A DNA stretch of 63,974 nucleotides, filler included, from 7 parts of 7 records of this genome joined end to end with filler, not necessarily neighbours in it, one strand, 5' to 3'; shown: positions 52,510-62,986, counted from the whole stretch's first letter. A program made the numbers and translations. Notes: generated from the sequence alone by a model not told the origin.

Positions 52510-52887
52510 GTGGTTATCGATACTGATGTCCTTATTTGGTACATGAAAGGAAATGAAAACGCATATAACGTAATCGAGGATTCAAAGATTTTTTTCATTT
52601 CCGTTGTTACCTATATGGAATTGGTTCAAGGCATGAGAAACAAGAATGAGCTTAGTCATCTGCGCAAAGCCCTCTATGCCTGGAATACAAAAATCCTCTA
52701 TATTTCTGAGGAGATATCCGTGAAAGCGATGTTTTTTGTGGAGCGGCATTATTTGAGTCACTCCATGCAATTGGCAGATGCTTTGATAGGTGCTACGGCA
52801 ATTTCGCACGGGTTTCCTATTCTAACCGGCAATGATAAACATTACAAAGTATTAAAAGAAATCCAAATCAAAAAGTTCCGCCCATAA
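52510..52887 (+). CDS. vapC: PIN-domain VapC toxin
   Basis: IDTDVLI, MELVQG, DALIGATA, TGNDKHY. Confidence 0.9.
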   Translation: MVIDTDVLIWYMKGNENAYNVIEDSKIFFISVVTYMELVQGMRNKNELSHLRKALYAWNTKILYISEEISVKAMFFVERHYLSHSMQLADALIGATAISHGFPILTGNDKHYKVLKEIQIKKFRP

Positions 52888-53562
52888 TGACTCTACGCCG
52901 TGGCGAACAACGCCTAAACACAGCGTCTCTATATCAGGGCCGCGGAAAAAAGGTTTCATCTCAACTTCCATCACCTCTTCGGTCCGCTTTGTCCGCTCTT
53001 CAATCATCAAGTCCTCAAAATAGTCCAGCTATTCTTGCGGCTTGATAATGTGAAATTGTCCGGGTACTAAAACAGTCTTCCGACCGGAAACTTCTGGACA
53101 ATATGATCGTCTCTCTTCTTCTTCTGAACTTCGATGACATACGTACGTACGTTTCTGAAAAACAAACCATTGCCAGGGAATATTACGAGAGACAATTCGC
53201 CTCCCTTGATAAGGGAGGAAATTGAAATTTATCTGAATATCGAGCAATTGACAACCGATCCAAGGAGGACTGCCCGTGTCCAAGCGAAATTTAGTAGGCG
53301 TCTTCATCATGCTACAGGCTCTTGTTGGGACGTCCGGATTTATCCAAGAACATCCGGAGGAATCCCGCGCTATGGTCATGAAACACTCATATTGAAAATG
53401 CCGAAGGGAACTGCATCCTCATTGCCGTTGAGGGCCCCTTTATTGGAAGTCACGATAAAAGACCAAGAACCATGTCCCTGCTCTGAAGGCGAAGGTCTCC
53501 CCGGCATTGATTACCGGGAAGGTTCCATCCTCATTCTGCAGATCGGCTTCAAGATCTCCCTT

Positions 53563-56208
53563 TTACCTCTTTTCCGGGTCGATTCCATGACCGACGGGAA
53601 CCGGCAACAGCTCCGAATCTTCGAGATCTTCTCCGCCTTGGCCACCGGATTTCCCCTTCTTTTGGGAGGCCCCTTTCCCACCCACCAAGGCGACCAGATC
53701 CAATACCATGCCTTTCAACCGGGCCGCCTGGGAATCCATCTCCTCTGCGGAACCGGCCGACTCCTCGGCCCCTGCAGCAGTCTTTTGGGTCACGTCGTTC
53801 ATCCCCGCAACCGCTTCGCTTATCTGCTCGATGCCCTGGGCCTGCTGGTTGGAAGCCCCGTCGATTTCCGTCACAAGGGTCGCGACCTTTGCCGAGTGAT
53901 TCGCCACCCTCTGGTAGGCTTCATCGGTCTTCTTCATCAGACTGGAACCGCCATTTACCTTCTGGACGGTTTTCTCGAGGAGGGATGCCGTCGCCTTCGC
54001 CGCCTCCGCGGCCCGTATGGCCAGATTCCTGACCTCATCTGCCACCACGGCAAATCCGGCACCGGCCTCACCGGCCCTGGCGGCCTCCACTGCGGCGTTC
54101 AAGGCCAGAAGATTGGTTTGAAATGCAATTTCGTCAATGGTCTTGACAATGGCCGATGTCTCATTGCTTGCCCTGGAAATCTCTTCCATGGATTCCGTTA
54201 GCGCCGTCATGGACCCCTTTGCCTCTTCCATGACGTCGATGACCCGTTGGGAACTCTTCTTGGCATCACCGGCCCGATGGGAATTCTGCTTGGTCATGGC
54301 CGACATCTCTTCCAATGCGGTTGAAGCCTCTTCAATGGCGGCGGCCTGTGTCGATGAATCGTGAGACAGCTCCTGGCCGGCGGAGGATACCATCTCCGCC
54401 ACATCCGCAATCTGATCCGCACCGCCGCTCAACCCCTGGATGATGCGGTTCAAGGGCCGCGTAATGCCCCTGGTGATGACCCACGAGAGAAGGATTCCCA
54501 GAAAGACGCTCAACAGGGCGGCCATCCATATGAGGTTCTTTGCGGATACCATCCGTTCCGCCATCCCGCTGCTCTGATCCACCTGTGCTTCGACGCAGGC
54601 CTTGTCCGCCTTCCGGGCCTCCTGGACCATGATATCCCTCGCGGTCTGCTGCTCTTCCATCAGGCCTGCAAATCGGCCGAAGGCGGTTTGGTAAGCCTCT
54701 ACCGCCCCCGCCACCCGGTCCACCTGCTTCGCGTTTTCCGCCACTTTGAACCTCCCTTTGAGATCCTTTGCAAGGTTCAGGATCCTGGCGTTCCCCGCTT
54801 CAACCATGGACTTCCACTTCTCACCGCCACCCGATAAAATGAACTCTTTCTCGTTTTGTCTGGTATCGAGAAAATCCTTGAACAGAAGATTGGCACTGTC
54901 GGCCTTGGCCAGTTTGTCGTAAAGGAAGGTCTCGCTTTCCTTCCTGGCCTGCTCCAGCTGTGATTTCTGTTCCTTCCGCACCGATTCCACCTCAGCCAGG
55001 GTTTCCACGGCCGTATCATTCATTTCCCCCAGGGTATCCCGCTTCCATTTTACCAGTTCACAGAATTTCTCAAAGGCGGAATGATAACTCCTGATGGCGG
55101 CAATGGCCGTATGAATCCGATCCAGATTTTCGGCCAGCTCAAACCGGCTTTTCAGGTCTTGACCCAGTTTGAGTATTTTGTATATGGAAGCGTCCAGGGA
55201 GGTCTTCCATTTGCGTTGGCCTCCTGAGAGGATGAACTCCTTTTCGTATTGGCGGGCTTCAAGAAACCGTTTGATGAGTTCATTGGTATCGTTGGCTTCC
55301 GCCATATCTTTGTGAAAGAAGACAGAGGATTGGGTTTCGGAACCGGCCAGTCTTTCCGTCAAATCGGCCCGGATGGATTCTATCTGCTCCAGGGCCACAC
55401 CAGCCTTTTCGGTCATTTTCTCCTTATGCCGGATCTGCATCTCCGTCAACTTGGTGAGTTCATGAAAGGAGTCCTGATAGGACTGGACTCCCCCCAGGAT
55501 CCAATCCATCCGCTTTTTGTCTTTCTCGGTTTTAAATCGGGATTTCAGTTTCTGGCCCAATTCCAGAATCCCGGACATCTTCCCTTTCACCGCATCTTTC
55601 CATTTTTCCTCGCCATTGGAGAAGATGAACTCCTTTTCATCCTGCCGGGTTTCAAGGAACCATTTTGCCAGCCGGTTCGTGTCCTCTGAATTGAGCATTT
55701 TTTCCTTTAAAGAGGCTTCGGAACGCTGTTGTGCCTTCTCCAACTGATCTTTTTGACTGTTCCTGATGGCTTGGGCCAACCGGAGGGCCTCGCCGGCCCG
55801 ATCCTGCATCTCTTTCATACATTTGTTCTTCTCGCCTTCCAATGCCACGTAACCCACGAAAGCTTTCCGGTATTTCAGAACATCCTGTCGGACCCGATCC
55901 ATCTGCGCTTTGTTGGCTTCTTCTGTGAAGCGCTCCCCGGCACCGGCCGCCTGCTCTATGAGTCGCTGAGTTTCCTTTTCCACTTTAGCGGAGAGGGATG
56001 GGTCTTTTTCTATGACAAAACCCATCTCATCCTGTCTGATTTCCAGGAGCTTTTTCACCATCCGATTCACGTCTTCGCTATTCTCTACCCTTTCGGCAAT
56101 CCCCGCGAGGCTGTCATACCCCACATAAGCAATGGCCAGAGTCAGAATTAGCACCATCGAAAATCCCGCAACGAGTTTGACGCCCAGTTTTGCATTCTTG
56201 AAAACCAT
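53563..56208 (-). CDS. Methyl-accepting chemotaxis protein with a four-repeat helical periplasmic sensor
   Basis: Two TM segments, [21 protein letters not shown], four N.L.K.FL..RQ.EK.F repeats. Confidence 0.93.
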   Translation of the reverse strand: MVFKNAKLGVKLVAGFSMVLILTLAIAYVGYDSLAGIAERVENSEDVNRMVKKLLEIRQDEMGFVIEKDPSLSAKVEKETQRLIEQAAGAGERFTEEANKAQMDRVRQDVLKYRKAFVGYVALEGEKNKCMKEMQDRAGEALRLAQAIRNSQKDQLEKAQQRSEASLKEKMLNSEDTNRLAKWFLETRQDEKEFIFSNGEEKWKDAVKGKMSGILELGQKLKSRFKTEKDKKRMDWILGGVQSYQDSFHELTKLTEMQIRHKEKMTEKAGVALEQIESIRADLTERLAGSETQSSVFFHKDMAEANDTNELIKRFLEARQYEKEFILSGGQRKWKTSLDASIYKILKLGQDLKSRFELAENLDRIHTAIAAIRSYHSAFEKFCELVKWKRDTLGEMNDTAVETLAEVESVRKEQKSQLEQARKESETFLYDKLAKADSANLLFKDFLDTRQNEKEFILSGGGEKWKSMVEAGNARILNLAKDLKGRFKVAENAKQVDRVAGAVEAYQTAFGRFAGLMEEQQTARDIMVQEARKADKACVEAQVDQSSGMAERMVSAKNLIWMAALLSVFLGILLSWVITRGITRPLNRIIQGLSGGADQIADVAEMVSSAGQELSHDSSTQAAAIEEASTALEEMSAMTKQNSHRAGDAKKSSQRVIDVMEEAKGSMTALTESMEEISRASNETSAIVKTIDEIAFQTNLLALNAAVEAARAGEAGAGFAVVADEVRNLAIRAAEAAKATASLLEKTVQKVNGGSSLMKKTDEAYQRVANHSAKVATLVTEIDGASNQQAQGIEQISEAVAGMNDVTQKTAAGAEESAGSAEEMDSQAARLKGMVLDLVALVGGKGASQKKGKSGGQGGEDLEDSELLPVPVGHGIDPEKR

Positions 56209-56385
56209 GATCAATATTTCCTCCCATTTATCCGACGAATTCGAGCATATTCCAGAGACAGAGCAACTGTTGACACCAAAGAGTCAATTCGTTGACGGAG
56301 CGTGAAAGGGATTCTCCAGGAAGAACGCTGCCACCGCCCGTTCTGAACGCCTCTTTGAAGATCTTGGTTTGGCTGGCAAAAAAGC

Positions 56386-56401
56386 AGCAAACTTCATGCC
56401 A
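56386..56401 (-). promoter_or_regulatory. Sigma54 promoter for the MCP gene
   Basis: Minus strand reads TGGCATGAAGTTTGCT (GG-N10-GC). Confidence 0.75.
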
Positions 56402-56698
56402 AGTGGGAGTCCAACGGATTGGAGATCTGCTTGATCCGTTTCTCTCAGCAAATATCGACTCATTTTTTTTCTCCCTATATTATATTTCAAAGGGAAGAGC
56501 CCGCTTTAACCGGATGCCCTGGATGGGATTTTCAGACAGCGGCTGAATGCTCCAATGGTTGACGAGAAGAAAGGTCTTCAGGAAAACCCTTTGGTGAACC
56601 CTTAAAATATTTTGAGCACAGGCCCAAAAAAAACCTTGACAAAATGCAGAACTGACATATATTATGAGCGCAAGACCAAAACAAAGGAGAAAAAATCC

Positions 56699-57055
56699 GT
56701 GCCGAGACCCAGAAAACCCCGTTTTGTGCAGGGAGGCCCCATGGCGAATGTATTCAAACCCAAGGGGATTCCTGCAAGAGATCTGGAAGAGGTGGCGCTG
56801 CCGGTCGAAGGACTTGAAGCGCTTCGCCTGAGTGATTTTGAAAGACTGGACCACTCCACGGCTGCGGTCCGCATGAATGTGTCAAGACAGACCTTCGGCA
56901 GGGTCCTGTCCGAGGCAAGGGGACTGGTTTCAGAGGCCTTGGTCATGGGAAAGATGATCCGGATCCAGGGGGGGGTCTATACCCTGCCCGGCGGTGACGG
57001 AAGACACGGACCCGGCGGCAGAGGCCGTGGCAGGCATGGAAGGGGAAGGCCATAG
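56699..57055 (+). CDS. DUF134 (UPF0251) predicted DNA-binding protein with a Gly/Arg tail
   Basis: GTG after AAGGAG; PRPRK, FKPKGIP, EALRLSD, MNVSRQTF. Confidence 0.88.
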   Translation: MPRPRKPRFVQGGPMANVFKPKGIPARDLEEVALPVEGLEALRLSDFERLDHSTAAVRMNVSRQTFGRVLSEARGLVSEALVMGKMIRIQGGVYTLPGGDGRHGPGGRGRGRHGRGRP

Positions 57056-57093
57056 GACAAACTTTTTAATATTAGGCAAAAGGAGGTGATCTC

Positions 57094-57246
57094 ATGCCAG
57101 GACAGGACAGAACAGGACCCATGGGCCAGGGCCCCGGGACAGGCAAGGGTCAGGGCCAGTGCGGCAAGGGCGCTGGACGTAATGGAACCGGAGGAAAGCA
57201 GGGTTCCGGCAAAGGCGGCTGCGGCAAGGGTAAAGGCCGTGCATAG
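57094..57246 (+). CDS. 50-aa Gly-rich DUF5320-like protein, absent from the ORF track
   Basis: AGGAGGTG RBS; MPGQDRTGPMGQGPGTGKGQGQC... Confidence 0.75.
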   Translation: MPGQDRTGPMGQGPGTGKGQGQCGKGAGRNGTGGKQGSGKGGCGKGKGRA

Positions 57247-57287
57247 GAAATCCACCATAGGAAGGATATAAAAAGGAGGTGTTAATC

Positions 57288-57617
57288 ATGCCGGGATTTG
57301 ATGGAACAGGACCCACGGGAATGGGCGCCATGACAGGAGGCGCCCGGGGTCTGTGCAATCCCCGAGGGGTGGCGCAGGCCGGCCCCGGAGCAGTACGCGG
57401 ATACGGCAGGGGTCGTGGAGGCCGTGGTTCTCGAAATATGTATTGGGCAACCGGGCTTCCGGGCTGGCAAAGACCTTATCCGGCCGGGTTCCGGGGAGTT
57501 CCTTCAGCGGCACCCTATACGGGGGACCGGGAGATGGACTTTCTGAAAAATCAGGCAAATGCCCTGAAGGCCGAGCTGGATGCGGTCAATGCCAGGATTC
57601 AGGAACTGGAATCCTGA
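57288..57617 (+). CDS. DUF5320 family protein
   Basis: AGGAGGTG RBS; MPGFDGTGPTGMGAMTGGARGLC, ATGLPGW, C-terminal coiled coil. Confidence 0.85.
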   Translation: MPGFDGTGPTGMGAMTGGARGLCNPRGVAQAGPGAVRGYGRGRGGRGSRNMYWATGLPGWQRPYPAGFRGVPSAAPYTGDREMDFLKNQANALKAELDAVNARIQELES

Positions 57618-57646
57618 AGCGGAAGATTCGAATAGTTCGTGGACAG

Positions 57647-57672
57647 TGACAGGGGCCTCAGTACCCCTGTCA
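57647..57672 (+). terminator. Hairpin after the DUF5320 genes
   Basis: TGACAGGGG-N8-CCCCTGTCA; weak U tail. Confidence 0.45.
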
Positions 57673-57802
57673 AGCCGCTTTCCAACCAAGTATCTTGCAT
57701 ATTTTCCTCCCTTTTTCCATCAATTTATTTGATCAGGTTCATGCAAGGTATTGGCAGAAAATCTTACGGAAACCCTCGTAAGCACTATAAGTAAAAGATA
57801 TT

Positions 57803-58861
57803 ATGAAACCATCCCGGCTCAGTTTTTCGCAAATCGAAAATACCCTTTATCATCTTAATTACAGATGGAACCTGCAGGCCCTTGCACTCTGGAAGGGAGA
57901 TAAAATTCCCTTTAAGGCCCATGAGCTGTATGAAGGCTATGACGACTTTATCAGCCTGGACACGCTCTGGCGGATTGATCAAATTGCGGGGGCGGCGGAA
58001 AGACAGCGGTTGCGGTCTGCCTTGATCGATCACTATCTGCAACGGACCCTGCTGCCCCACGAAAACGAAATGCGCGCCTGGATGAGGGGTGCTGCCGCGC
58101 ACGTGGATGGAGAAAAGATCTACTTCAGGGAGATTATCCCCTGGTGTCAGAAAACCGGCAATTATGAAAAGCGGCAGATGCTTCAGAAAGAAACCGGCCC
58201 CTTGTGCAAGTTTTTAAAGCCGTTTGCTTTGAATTACTGGAAGATCCTGCTGAAAATTCTTTCTGATGATTTGGGTTATGAGAACTACATTGAATACTGT
58301 AGGAAAAAGAAGTGTATTGATTATGCTTTTTATTATGGTTTGTTAAAAGAACTTCTTGAAGCTACGGATGAACTCTATTTCGGCGCCATGGAACGGTGGT
58401 GCCGTGAGAAATTCGCTCGACCCCTGTCCGATCTTACACGATATGATGCCATTAACCTGTTAAGTCTAAGGCAATTCGATGACCTGTTTCCCGGGAAAGG
58501 TCTGGATGTGCTGACCCCGTTTTTTAAAACCTGGGCCATTGATCCGGAGAAAACCCCCGGGCTCACTCTGGAACTGGGCCGTGAAAAGGGCAAGAGCGCC
58601 CAGGCCATCTGCCTGATGTTGCAGGTTCCGGAAGAGGTTTATGTTCTGATGCGGCCGGAAGGAGGGTGGGGCGACCTGGAGACACTGTGGCATGAATTGG
58701 GCCATGGGCTCTCGGCTGTTTTCACTTCGCCGGATCTCTCCATGGTAATGCGGGATATGGGGACCTCCTTTGCCCTGTCCGAATCCTTTGCCTTCCTGAT
58801 TCAGAACCTGGCGCTTTCAAGCCCTTTTCTGAAAGAATTTATGGGTCTTTCCCCTGAGGAT
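57803..58861 (+). CDS. Gluzincin-like (M3-type) metallopeptidase, 3' truncated
   Basis: HELGH followed by a downstream ESFA glutamate. Confidence 0.65.
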
Positions 58862-58961
58862 NNNNNNNNNNNNNNNNNNNNNNNNNNNNNNNNNNNNNNN
58901 NNNNNTTAATTAATTAANNNNNNNNNNNNNNNNNNNNNNNNNNNNNNNNNNNNNNNNNNNN
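58862..58961. other. Artificial contig spacer
   Basis: Ns flanking TTAATTAATTAA. Confidence 0.98.
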
Positions 58962-59020
58962 AGCTTGCTGCGATTTATATAGCATGTTTCCTTTTGACGC
59001 ACCGTAGCTTGCTGCGGGGA
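58962..59020. repeat. REP-like palindrome pair
   Basis: AGCTTGCTGCG occurs twice; CCGTAGC-tt-GCTGCGG hairpin at 59002-59017. Confidence 0.5.
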
Positions 59021-59023
59021 GCT

Positions 59024-60262
59024 TCATTCTTTCATGGCTGAATCGAGAAGACAGTGAAGGAGAACATTGGTTCCTGCTTCACAGTCTTCCCAACTGGTGT
59101 TTTCTATTTCCACGTGGCTGCGGCCTCCGATGCTGGGAACAAAAATCATGGCGGTCGGGCCGATCATGGCCATATATGTTGCATCATGCCCGGCGCCGCT
59201 GACCATGGGGAGGTATTGATATCCAAGCATTTCAGACTTCCCGGCGATATTATCCACCAATTCCGCGGCAAAGGGATTGTGCTGAACATGCCAGGTTTCA
59301 TCTATGTTGAGCGGGCATCCCCTGCGCCCGGCTATTTCGCTAAAATCTTTTCTCAGGGTTTCCCAGGCCCGGCCGGCCAGTTCATCGTCCCAGGAGCGAA
59401 TGTCCACGGTAAAGTGTACGTTGTCAGGTATGATGTTTCTGGAATTGGGGCCGTTGTGAATTTCACCGACCGTGGCGACCATGTTTCCGCCCATACGCTG
59501 GGGCAGTTCATTGACTTTAAGAATCATTTCCGCGGCCGCGCAAAGAGCGTCGTTGCGCCCTTCCATGGGAGTCGGGCCGACCTGGTTGGCCGTGCCTGAA
59601 ATATAAACGTCAAACCAGTAAATGCCTACTATTCCCTTGGGAATGCCTATTGTTCCGTTTTCTTTTTCCAGCCTGGGGCCCTGTTCAATGTGAAGTTCGT
59701 AATAGGCATGAAAAGGTTGTTTTCGCGCCGGTATTTTTCCCTTGTACCCGATGCGCTCCAGTTCGTCTTCAAATCTGGCCCCGTGAAAATCGGTTCGGTC
59801 GTACGCCCATTCCAAATCCAGGAAACCGGCCCATACTCCGGAAGAAAGCATTGCCGGGGCAAACCTGGAGCCTTCTTCATTGGTCCAGTTGACAATATCG
59901 ATCGGCCGGAGGGTTTCGATGTTGTTTTCTTTTATGGTCCTCAGAGCTTCCAGCGCGCCCATGACTCCAAGAATGCCGTCGAAACGTCCCCCCTTGGGTT
60001 GTGAGTCAATATGGGAGCCGGAAATAACGGGAGGCAGTTCTTCCGTTCCGGGACGCTTCCCGAAAATATTTCCCATCTGGTCGATTCTGATATCCAGGTC
60101 GAGTTCCTTGAGCCATTCAACAAACAGGTCGCGAGCCTGTTTATCCGCCTCCGTCAGGGTGAGTCTATGCACGCCGCCGCCCGGGGTGGCCCCGATTTTA
60201 GCCATGTCCTCTAGTGATTCTCTAAGACGCTGCCCATTAACCCGTAAATCGCTATAATCCAT
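59024..60262 (-). CDS. Zn-dependent M20 amidohydrolase (N-carbamoyl-L-amino acid hydrolase/beta-ureidopropionase type)
   Basis: GSHIDSQPKGGRFDG, NEEGSRF, ELHIEQGP, SGAGHDA. Confidence 0.92.
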   Translation of the reverse strand: MDYSDLRVNGQRLRESLEDMAKIGATPGGGVHRLTLTEADKQARDLFVEWLKELDLDIRIDQMGNIFGKRPGTEELPPVISGSHIDSQPKGGRFDGILGVMGALEALRTIKENNIETLRPIDIVNWTNEEGSRFAPAMLSSGVWAGFLDLEWAYDRTDFHGARFEDELERIGYKGKIPARKQPFHAYYELHIEQGPRLEKENGTIGIPKGIVGIYWFDVYISGTANQVGPTPMEGRNDALCAAAEMILKVNELPQRMGGNMVATVGEIHNGPNSRNIIPDNVHFTVDIRSWDDELAGRAWETLRKDFSEIAGRRGCPLNIDETWHVQHNPFAAELVDNIAGKSEMLGYQYLPMVSGAGHDATYMAMIGPTAMIFVPSIGGRSHVEIENTSWEDCEAGTNVLLHCLLDSAMKE

Positions 60263-60267
60263 GACAG

Positions 60268-61350
60268 TTATTCCCCGTTTTTCTTCAGATCGGAATTTCT
60301 TGAATTATTGCCTAGTTGTTCAGAGAGCTTCTTTTTTTCTTCACGCCTGTTTTTAATATTTTTCACTTCTTCAATGTATTCCTTTCGTCCGTCCAGTTCA
60401 TATGCCTTTTTAACCTGTATTTCGGCTTCATCGAACCGTTCGGTGTAAAGATAGCCTATTCCCAGGTTCCAGTTCGCCCTGGCCGAGGCGGTCTTATCAA
60501 TGGCAGGATCGGCGGCGGCTATTTCCACGGCTTGTTCGAACAGGCCTACGGCTTCCGGCCACAGTCCGGCTTTTGCATATTCAATTCCCTCTTCCAGCAT
60601 GGGAAGAAGATTGTGTTTGTATAAATTAACCTTGACGGTTTCAGACCAGGGAATTATTACCCGGCAAAAGTCTTGCGCCACTTTTTGCGCGCACCTGTCC
60701 AGCATGGCGCGGCCGTCCAGCGAAGCTGGGAAGCCGTCGATCTCTTCCGTGTACCTGCTCATTCTGCATTCGGGCGTCTTGGCGGCAATTGTTTCACCGG
60801 TTTTAATATCCACGGCTTCAAAAGCGACGCGCACGCCGGCCCGCCCTTTCCTGACAAAGTGCGTACAATCGTCGAATTCCGTTACATAGCCTTTACCCGT
60901 GGCAACGACCCTTCTTCTGCAAATAAAGTTTCTCTGGTACACATTTTCCGTATATTCGTAATCAAGCATATCAGCCTTTATAAGAACCAAAGCCTCGGAT
61001 TCTTTTGCGGGCTCCAGTTTGGTCATTTCCATTTTTTTCCATTCTGGAATGATCACCGGTGTTGTAGCTTCTCCCCGCGAAATGGCGGTATTATGCTCTG
61101 ATACGGGAGGACTATGCTCGGAAGATACCAAACGAACTGTGTCGGAATCGGCCAGAATCGTCCTGACATATGATTGAACTTCCAGGCCTCCCCGCCCGCT
61201 AAAAGGAGCGAGTTGAACAATATTTTTTCCGCTCAGGTTGACTTCGGCCGGACGTATAAGGTCGACAGGCACGCTTACTCGCGCACAACCGCCAATAATG
61301 CAAATGCAAAATATCATGAGCAGCAGTATCGATTTGGAACGACTTGTCAA
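60268..61350 (-). CDS. Lipoprotein with a C-terminal TPR
   Basis: TTG 61350 after GGAGGA; IGGC lipobox; ANWNLGIGY...EAE TPR. Confidence 0.75.
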   Translation of the reverse strand: MTSRSKSILLLMIFCICIIGGCARVSVPVDLIRPAEVNLSGKNIVQLAPFSGRGGLEVQSYVRTILADSDTVRLVSSEHSPPVSEHNTAISRGEATTPVIIPEWKKMEMTKLEPAKESEALVLIKADMLDYEYTENVYQRNFICRRRVVATGKGYVTEFDDCTHFVRKGRAGVRVAFEAVDIKTGETIAAKTPECRMSRYTEEIDGFPASLDGRAMLDRCAQKVAQDFCRVIIPWSETVKVNLYKHNLLPMLEEGIEYAKAGLWPEAVGLFEQAVEIAAADPAIDKTASARANWNLGIGYLYTERFDEAEIQVKKAYELDGRKEYIEEVKNIKNRREEKKKLSEQLGNNSRNSDLKKNGE

Positions 61351-61824
61351 AATTATCCTCCATTTAACAGGATAATAAGGGAGGGCCGTGCTTTCAATGT
61401 GCAGACGCCGGCTACCCCATTTTAATGACACTACATATGGTCGGACTTATCGTCAAGGAATGGTTATACATCCACGATTTTAGACGCATTTACGAGGCCT
61501 TTATTATAATCTCCTCTATTAATTACCGGAAAATCGAAATTATCGGATTGACATTAACTTAGACACCCATAAATCAGATCATGACTATGATATCCATAAA
61601 TTTATGGCCTGATAGAATTGAAACCCATGAATTTAAGCTTGTAAGCGAGTCTTGTGTTATAATTCCTTGAATTTCCGAACAACAATTATAATTGCATTTA
61701 CTCAAGCCTGGAGTGGATATTTATGAGGAAAATAATATGCGGTTTGACAACATTCGGCGCCCACTGGGGGGCGCCGCTACAGAAATAAAACTTAATTCAA
61801 ACTTTTTCCGCGCAAGAATATGTT

Positions 61825-62517
61825 TTATTCTTCCTGAAGTTGACGATAGGCCCTCATTTCATTCTGATACAGGTGCAGAATCACGGAAAAAGCCGGATAA
61901 TGCTTTCTATTCAAATCCTTGAGAATTCCGGTTGAAATCCTGTCAAGCTTGACTATTCGCAGTTCTTCAAAGGCGGCCATATTGGCATCCAGCAGTTTTT
62001 GCTGAAGTATGTATTTATCCGGGTATCTTTTATCAAGTTCGGCTTTGCAGTCATGTGCGGCATCGGTAATGCTTATTGAGGTTAACGGATTAATGTACGC
62101 CGGATTGCTTTTATTCCTGGTTCCGGCTTCAAATGTTTCGACTTTTTTTCTTGCATCCACAGATTCCGTTTCGGTGATGTGGGCGATTCCTTTTCTATCG
62201 ACCCATAAATGAACCCGCTCGCTCTTCGCATCGGTTTGTTCGGCTTTTTCTTGAGAGGAGTCAGGAGTTTTCGATGGCGGCGCGGTGATCGTCAGAACAC
62301 CCCTTTTATCTTTGCGGAGAATAACTTCATCAGCCGTATTTTTACCTGATTCATCAACAAGCTTATTTTGTTCTTCTTTTTCAGAATCAACAATTTTGGG
62401 CGCGCCGTATTGATCCTTGATCAGCAAAGGTTCGCCGCCATAAGCGTCAACACACCAAAACGACAATAAAAACAATATAATAACCCGGCATAGCATTCCA
62501 GGCATAATACTCTCCAT
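61825..62517 (-). CDS. Secreted hypothetical protein with short beta-hairpin repeats (DUF4124-like)
   Basis: Signal peptide; KDQYGAPKI, KDKRGVLTI, WVDRKGIAHI. Confidence 0.65.
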   Translation of the reverse strand: MESIMPGMLCRVIILFLLSFWCVDAYGGEPLLIKDQYGAPKIVDSEKEEQNKLVDESGKNTADEVILRKDKRGVLTITAPPSKTPDSSQEKAEQTDAKSERVHLWVDRKGIAHITETESVDARKKVETFEAGTRNKSNPAYINPLTSISITDAAHDCKAELDKRYPDKYILQQKLLDANMAAFEELRIVKLDRISTGILKDLNRKHYPAFSVILHLYQNEMRAYRQLQEE

Positions 62518-62669
62518 TTTGTCCCGTCATGAAGTCGGCGATTCCGCCCGCAAGAATCCCGAATATAAGTACAATCGTAATGCCAGGCGCCGATATAATC
62601 AAGACCCGCTGTAGGACGCATCGGACTTGAGGGGTCAAACGGATAGATTGAAAAGGGCGGACGAATTAT

Positions 62670-62960
62670 TGAGGCGATGCTTCAGCCGCCGGGTCTTACC
62701 GGCGACTGAAGCATCAGAGGATGTATGGAGGGGAATGGTTTTGTGAGGTTGAGCAGCGTCTATGGTTGTGTAATATTCTCGGTCAGACCAACTCCACAAT
62801 TATATTCTTTGGCCAAACAGGAGGCAGAAGAGCTGATCCAACCGGGAACGTAGCGTGAGGAGTTTACAAACATCGGATCTGCCGTAAAAACGGACTGCTT
62901 GACCTTTATAAAAGAACAGGCGCCGGTATTTTAAGCTTCCAGCAACCGCCGCGTTGTTGA
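62670..62960 (-). ncRNA. Candidate sigma54-dependent small RNA or long leader
   Basis: Lies between a sigma54 promoter and a 17-bp hairpin; no ORF with an RBS; repeated CUCC/CCUC tracts. Confidence 0.4.
62676..62715. terminator. Long GC-rich hairpin
   Basis: GATGCTTCAGCCGCCGG-gtctta-CCGGCGACTGAAGCATC. Confidence 0.6.
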
Positions 62961-62970
62961 GGAGAAATAG

Positions 62971-62986
62971 AGCAATTTGGGCGCCA
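62971..62986 (-). promoter_or_regulatory. Sigma54 promoter
   Basis: Minus strand reads TGGCGCCCAAATTGCT (GG-N10-GC), divergent from the activator gene. Confidence 0.75.

Noticed and set aside
52109-52960. Possible integron cassette boundaries around the TA pair
   Set aside because: No convincing paired RYYYAAC/GTTRRRY attC hairpin could be built.
52900-53200. Minus-strand frame with an in-frame TAG (…KPQE*LDYFEDL…), considered as recoding or a pseudogene
   Set aside because: No recognisable homology or recoding signal; cannot be supported.
53134-54201. 355-aa plus-strand ORF
   Set aside because: Mostly antisense to the MCP signalling domain, with no recognisable motifs.
56220-56380. c-di-GMP riboswitch in the MCP leader
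   Set aside because: The GEMM core motifs were not found.
6037-58961. Recurrent TTAATTAATTAA motif, and ORFs running into X residues
   Set aside because: Artificial linkers. Gene adjacency across them has no biological meaning.
62752-62873. 37-codon minus-strand ORF (MFVNSSRY…)
   Set aside because: No RBS and no recognisable motif; kept only as an alternative to the sRNA model.
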